Source: Acutalibacteraceae bacterium (GTDB lineage Bacteria > Bacillota > Clostridia > Oscillospirales > Acutalibacteraceae). From it: a stretch of DNA of 64,000 nt. Each line of letters begins with the position of its first letter. Within the stretch, counting starts at the first letter, position 1. The stretch is from contig JAZQKF010000079.1 of NCBI GenBank assembly GCA_045542015.1, positions 1,635 to 65,634 on the forward strand, given 5' to 3'. The notes under the pieces were generated by a model, which was given only the letters and a program-made list of their open reading frames with translations, ran no database searches and was not told the origin of the DNA. Position numbers and translations under genes: made by a program. This document shows, one piece after another, positions 61,205-64,000 of the stretch.

Positions 61205-63739
61205 ATGAAAATGCGTAAAATTGTGGCCATTGTGGCGGCGGCGCTGATGCTGTTCAGCATTATGCCCTTCTCCGCGATGGCTGACAGCAGTGTTACTCTG
61301 ACTTTCGATGACACTGCGAAACGCACCGTTTTCACTACTGAGTGCCAGCAGTGGGAGGAGAACGGCATCGTTCTCACCAACAACAAGGGAAGTTCCACTT
61401 CCGACGTTGCTGATTATGCGAGCCCTGCCCGTTTCTACAAGAACTCTCAGATCATCGTCTATTATCCCACCACGATGAACACCGTCATTTTCCACTGCAA
61501 CACTGCTGCCTACGCCACTGCTTTGGCGAACAGCATCGGCGCGGATCTGGTGATTGTTGAGGATAAGGATGTTTACTATCATCCTCAGACCACCGAGTAT
61601 GCCTTTGAGTTGACCGGCGGTCAGGTGCGTATGGATGGTATCACTGTTCAGTGTTCTGATACCATCTGTGAGCACGAGTATGAGTATGAGTGCTCTGAAT
61701 ACTGCAAACTGTGTGGTGTACGCACCCGTCCTGCCGCCCAGTGCGTCAACAACGGTCCCGCCTGCACTGACGGTGTGTGCCAGTATTGCGGCGTTGCCGT
61801 TGCCGGTTTGGGCCACGCCTACGACAACGACTACGATGCCGACTGCAACTACTGCGGCGAGGTTCGTGAGGTTGAAGAGGCTCCCGACGGTTACGTTCTG
61901 ATGACCTCTCTGAGCATTGGTGACACCGTCACCTTGGTAGCGGAAAGCGCCAGCAAGGAGTTGGGCGGTATCTCTACCACCAGCACCAAGTATGGCCTGG
62001 GCGTAGCCTATGTCGGTGCGCCCGTCGGTGCTTACCCCCTGACCGTAGAGGCCGGTTATAACGACAGCACCTATTCCTTCAAAACCGGTGATGGCAAATA
62101 TCTGTACTGGACCTCCGGTAACAGCTTAAACGTCACCACCACCAAGGATGCAAAATCTTCTTGGACTGTCACTTTTGAAGGCAATAACGTGATGATCGTG
62201 AACGCTTCGGATTCTACTCGCAAAATCCGTTGGAATACGAGTAGTCCCCGTTTTGCGACCTACACCTCTGCACAGACGGATATTCAGCTTTACGGCATCT
62301 CTGCCGGTGGCGAGTCCGGATGTGCACACGAGTACGACAACGACTGTGACACCGATTGCAACCTGTGCGGTGAAGTCCGCGTTGCCGGACATGCATGGGA
62401 TAGCTGTGCCGATACCGACTGCAACAAGGGCTGCGGTTATATCCGCGAAGCCAGTGACTGCGTGTACACCAGTGCTTACGACACCTCTTGTTCTGAGTGC
62501 GGCGCTACTCGTGCTGTGGAGCTGCCCGCTGCTGACAGCGAGCTGACCATCCCGGAGGCTAACGACGTTGCTATGCTGGGCGGCAGTGCCTACACCAGTG
62601 GCAAATACTATGTCACCGGTGTGGTCGAAAGCATTGCCAACACCACCTACGGTAACCTGTATATTCAGGACGAGAACGGCAACAAGCTGTATGTCTACGG
62701 TGTATACGGTCCCGACGGAACCACTCGTTACGATTCTCTGGGCGACCTGCAACCTGCTGTGGGCGACGAGATCACTCTGTATGGTCCTCTGGGTACCTAC
62801 AGCGGCGCCGGCCAGATGAAGAACGGCAGTCTGGTCGTGGAGACCACCGTCTGCGACGAGTGCACCTACAGCGGCGACTACGATCCCACCTGTAACGTAT
62901 GCTACACCGAGCGTGAGATCACTCTGCCCGAGGCCGACACTGAGTTGACCTTTGAGGAGATCGAGGAAATCGCTACCGGTCGCGATCACAACGACTACAC
63001 CGATAGCAAGTACTATGTGATCGGTACGATTACCGAGGTGTACGGTGCGGAGTATGGCAACATGTACATCGAGGATGAGGCCGGCAACTCCCTCACCATC
63101 TACGGCACCTATTCTGCCGATGGCTCCACCCGCTACGATGCTATGGAGACCAAGCCTGTGGTCGGCGACACAGTCAAGCTGTACGGCATCATCGGTAACT
63201 ATAACGGTACCGTTCAGATGAAAAACGCCTGGGTGATTGAGCATACCGCTCACACCTGTGTGTCCGATAGCGAGTACGAGTGCACCGATGGTGTCTGCAC
63301 CATCTGCGGCGCTGCCGTTGCCGGCATCGGCCACAGCTACTTCTATCCCTGCGACGTGGTGTGCCAGATCTGCTATCAGGAGACCAACCCCGACGCTGCC
63401 CACACCATCGTGGCTGTGGAGGCTGTTGAAGCTACCTGCTCCCAGAACGGTAACATCGCTTACTGGTACTGCTCCGATTGCGGCTATGTTTGGGCTGACG
63501 AGGCTCTGACTCAGCAGACCAACCGGATGAACATCGTTGTTCCCGCTACCGGCGAGCACACCTACGACGACGACTACGACGCTGACTGTAACGTCTGCGG
63601 CGAGACCCGCGAGGTTCCCGAGATACCTGTTGAGATCCTCTACGGCGATGCCGACGGTGACGGCGAGGTCACTCTGACCGACGCAGCTCTGCTGGGTCAG
63701 TGGCTGGCCGGTTATGACGTTACTCTGGGTCCGGTGTGA
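61205..63739 (+). CDS. ~844-aa secreted protein F: beta-sandwich modules + Cys-rich motifs + 2 OB-fold-like repeats + single dockerin-like repeat
   Basis: ATG at 61205 (MKMRKIVAIVAAALMLFSIMPFSAMA) after AGGAGG; the track ORF start at 61037 is an in-frame non-coding extension. HxYDNDxDxDCNxCGExR occurs three times. The C-terminus reads GDADGDGEVTLTDAALLGQWLAG. Confidence 0.85.
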   Translation: MKMRKIVAIVAAALMLFSIMPFSAMADSSVTLTFDDTAKRTVFTTECQQWEENGIVLTNNKGSSTSDVADYASPARFYKNSQIIVYYPTTMNTVIFHCNTAAYATALANSIGADLVIVEDKDVYYHPQTTEYAFELTGGQVRMDGITVQCSDTICEHEYEYECSEYCKLCGVRTRPAAQCVNNGPACTDGVCQYCGVAVAGLGHAYDNDYDADCNYCGEVREVEEAPDGYVLMTSLSIGDTVTLVAESASKELGGISTTSTKYGLGVAYVGAPVGAYPLTVEAGYNDSTYSFKTGDGKYLYWTSGNSLNVTTTKDAKSSWTVTFEGNNVMIVNASDSTRKIRWNTSSPRFATYTSAQTDIQLYGISAGGESGCAHEYDNDCDTDCNLCGEVRVAGHAWDSCADTDCNKGCGYIREASDCVYTSAYDTSCSECGATRAVELPAADSELTIPEANDVAMLGGSAYTSGKYYVTGVVESIANTTYGNLYIQDENGNKLYVYGVYGPDGTTRYDSLGDLQPAVGDEITLYGPLGTYSGAGQMKNGSLVVETTVCDECTYSGDYDPTCNVCYTEREITLPEADTELTFEEIEEIATGRDHNDYTDSKYYVIGTITEVYGAEYGNMYIEDEAGNSLTIYGTYSADGSTRYDAMETKPVVGDTVKLYGIIGNYNGTVQMKNAWVIEHTAHTCVSDSEYECTDGVCTICGAAVAGIGHSYFYPCDVVCQICYQETNPDAAHTIVAVEAVEATCSQNGNIAYWYCSDCGYVWADEALTQQTNRMNIVVPATGEHTYDDDYDADCNVCGETREVPEIPVEILYGDADGDGEVTLTDAALLGQWLAGYDVTLGPV

Positions 63740-63785
63740 ATATATAACGACACCGAGCTCAATTGGTAATTCCTAATCACCCCGA

Positions 63786-63821
63786 GGGACGCATACCGCC
63801 ATAAACAACGGTATGCGTCCC
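63786..63821 (+). terminator. strong hairpin after protein F (no clear T-run)
   Basis: GGGACGCATACCG-n10-CGGTATGCGTCCC. Confidence 0.4.
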
Positions 63822-63957
63822 CCATACGGTGACACTCTTTTAAAAATCCCCGGACGATAGCAAATACATTGGCACCTACGCCACTATAATATGGTTGCTA
63901 CAAGCAGGGTACGACATCCTGCCATATCCGAGAAATTCCAGAAAGGTGTATACACAA

Positions 63958-64000
63958 TGAAAAAGCTGTTTGCAATTCTCATGTCTATGCTTCTGCTGTG
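63958..64000 (+). CDS. start of another secreted/membrane protein (truncated by the window end)
   Basis: ATG after AGAAAGG. MKKLFAILMSMLLL is signal-peptide-like. Confidence 0.4.

Overview
GC-rich, densely coding 64-kb window from a spore-forming Firmicute. spoIIGA-sigE, two T-box leaders and a dockerin-like tail suggest an anaerobic Clostridia (Oscillospiraceae/Ruminococcaceae-like) genome; the taxon is inference. No rRNA, tRNA, CRISPR array, transposase or integrase was seen. The left ~41 kb is core: ileS with an Ile T-box, lexA, a Na/Pi transporter, an EF-G paralog, a sugar-1-kinase + nucleotidyltransferase + AraC unit, spoIIGA-sigE, ydbS/ydbT fused to tlyA, a BlaI/BlaR1-like pair, an AGCS symporter, an oppBCDF-A operon, two peptidases, and an iorAB / aryl-acetate-CoA-ligase cluster with an internal Phe-specific T-box. 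The right ~23 kb (41.0-64.0 kb) looks accessory. It is a run of individually promoted and terminated genes for very large secreted mosaic proteins. Their modules are CBM-like beta-sandwiches, EEP, CE2-like SGNH esterase, a recurrent uncharacterised ~150-aa 'domain X', and Cys-rich CX4CX2C...H arrays. A cytoplasmic SGNH / SemiSWEET-like / DUF4886 trio sits among them. The best candidate for something new is a pair of paralogous ORFs below the ORF-track cutoff (37 and 45 codons, at 57001 and 60873). Each has a consensus promoter and a strong SD and sits directly upstream of a giant Cys-rich secreted protein. Their C-termini (FNDGELEW / YNDAEFGSW) repeat the extreme C-terminal NDGxLxW tail of three neighbouring secreted enzymes. 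The protein downstream of the first peptide carries a domain X that stops just before that tail. All family assignments come from reading the translations by eye; no searches were run, and domain boundaries are approximate.
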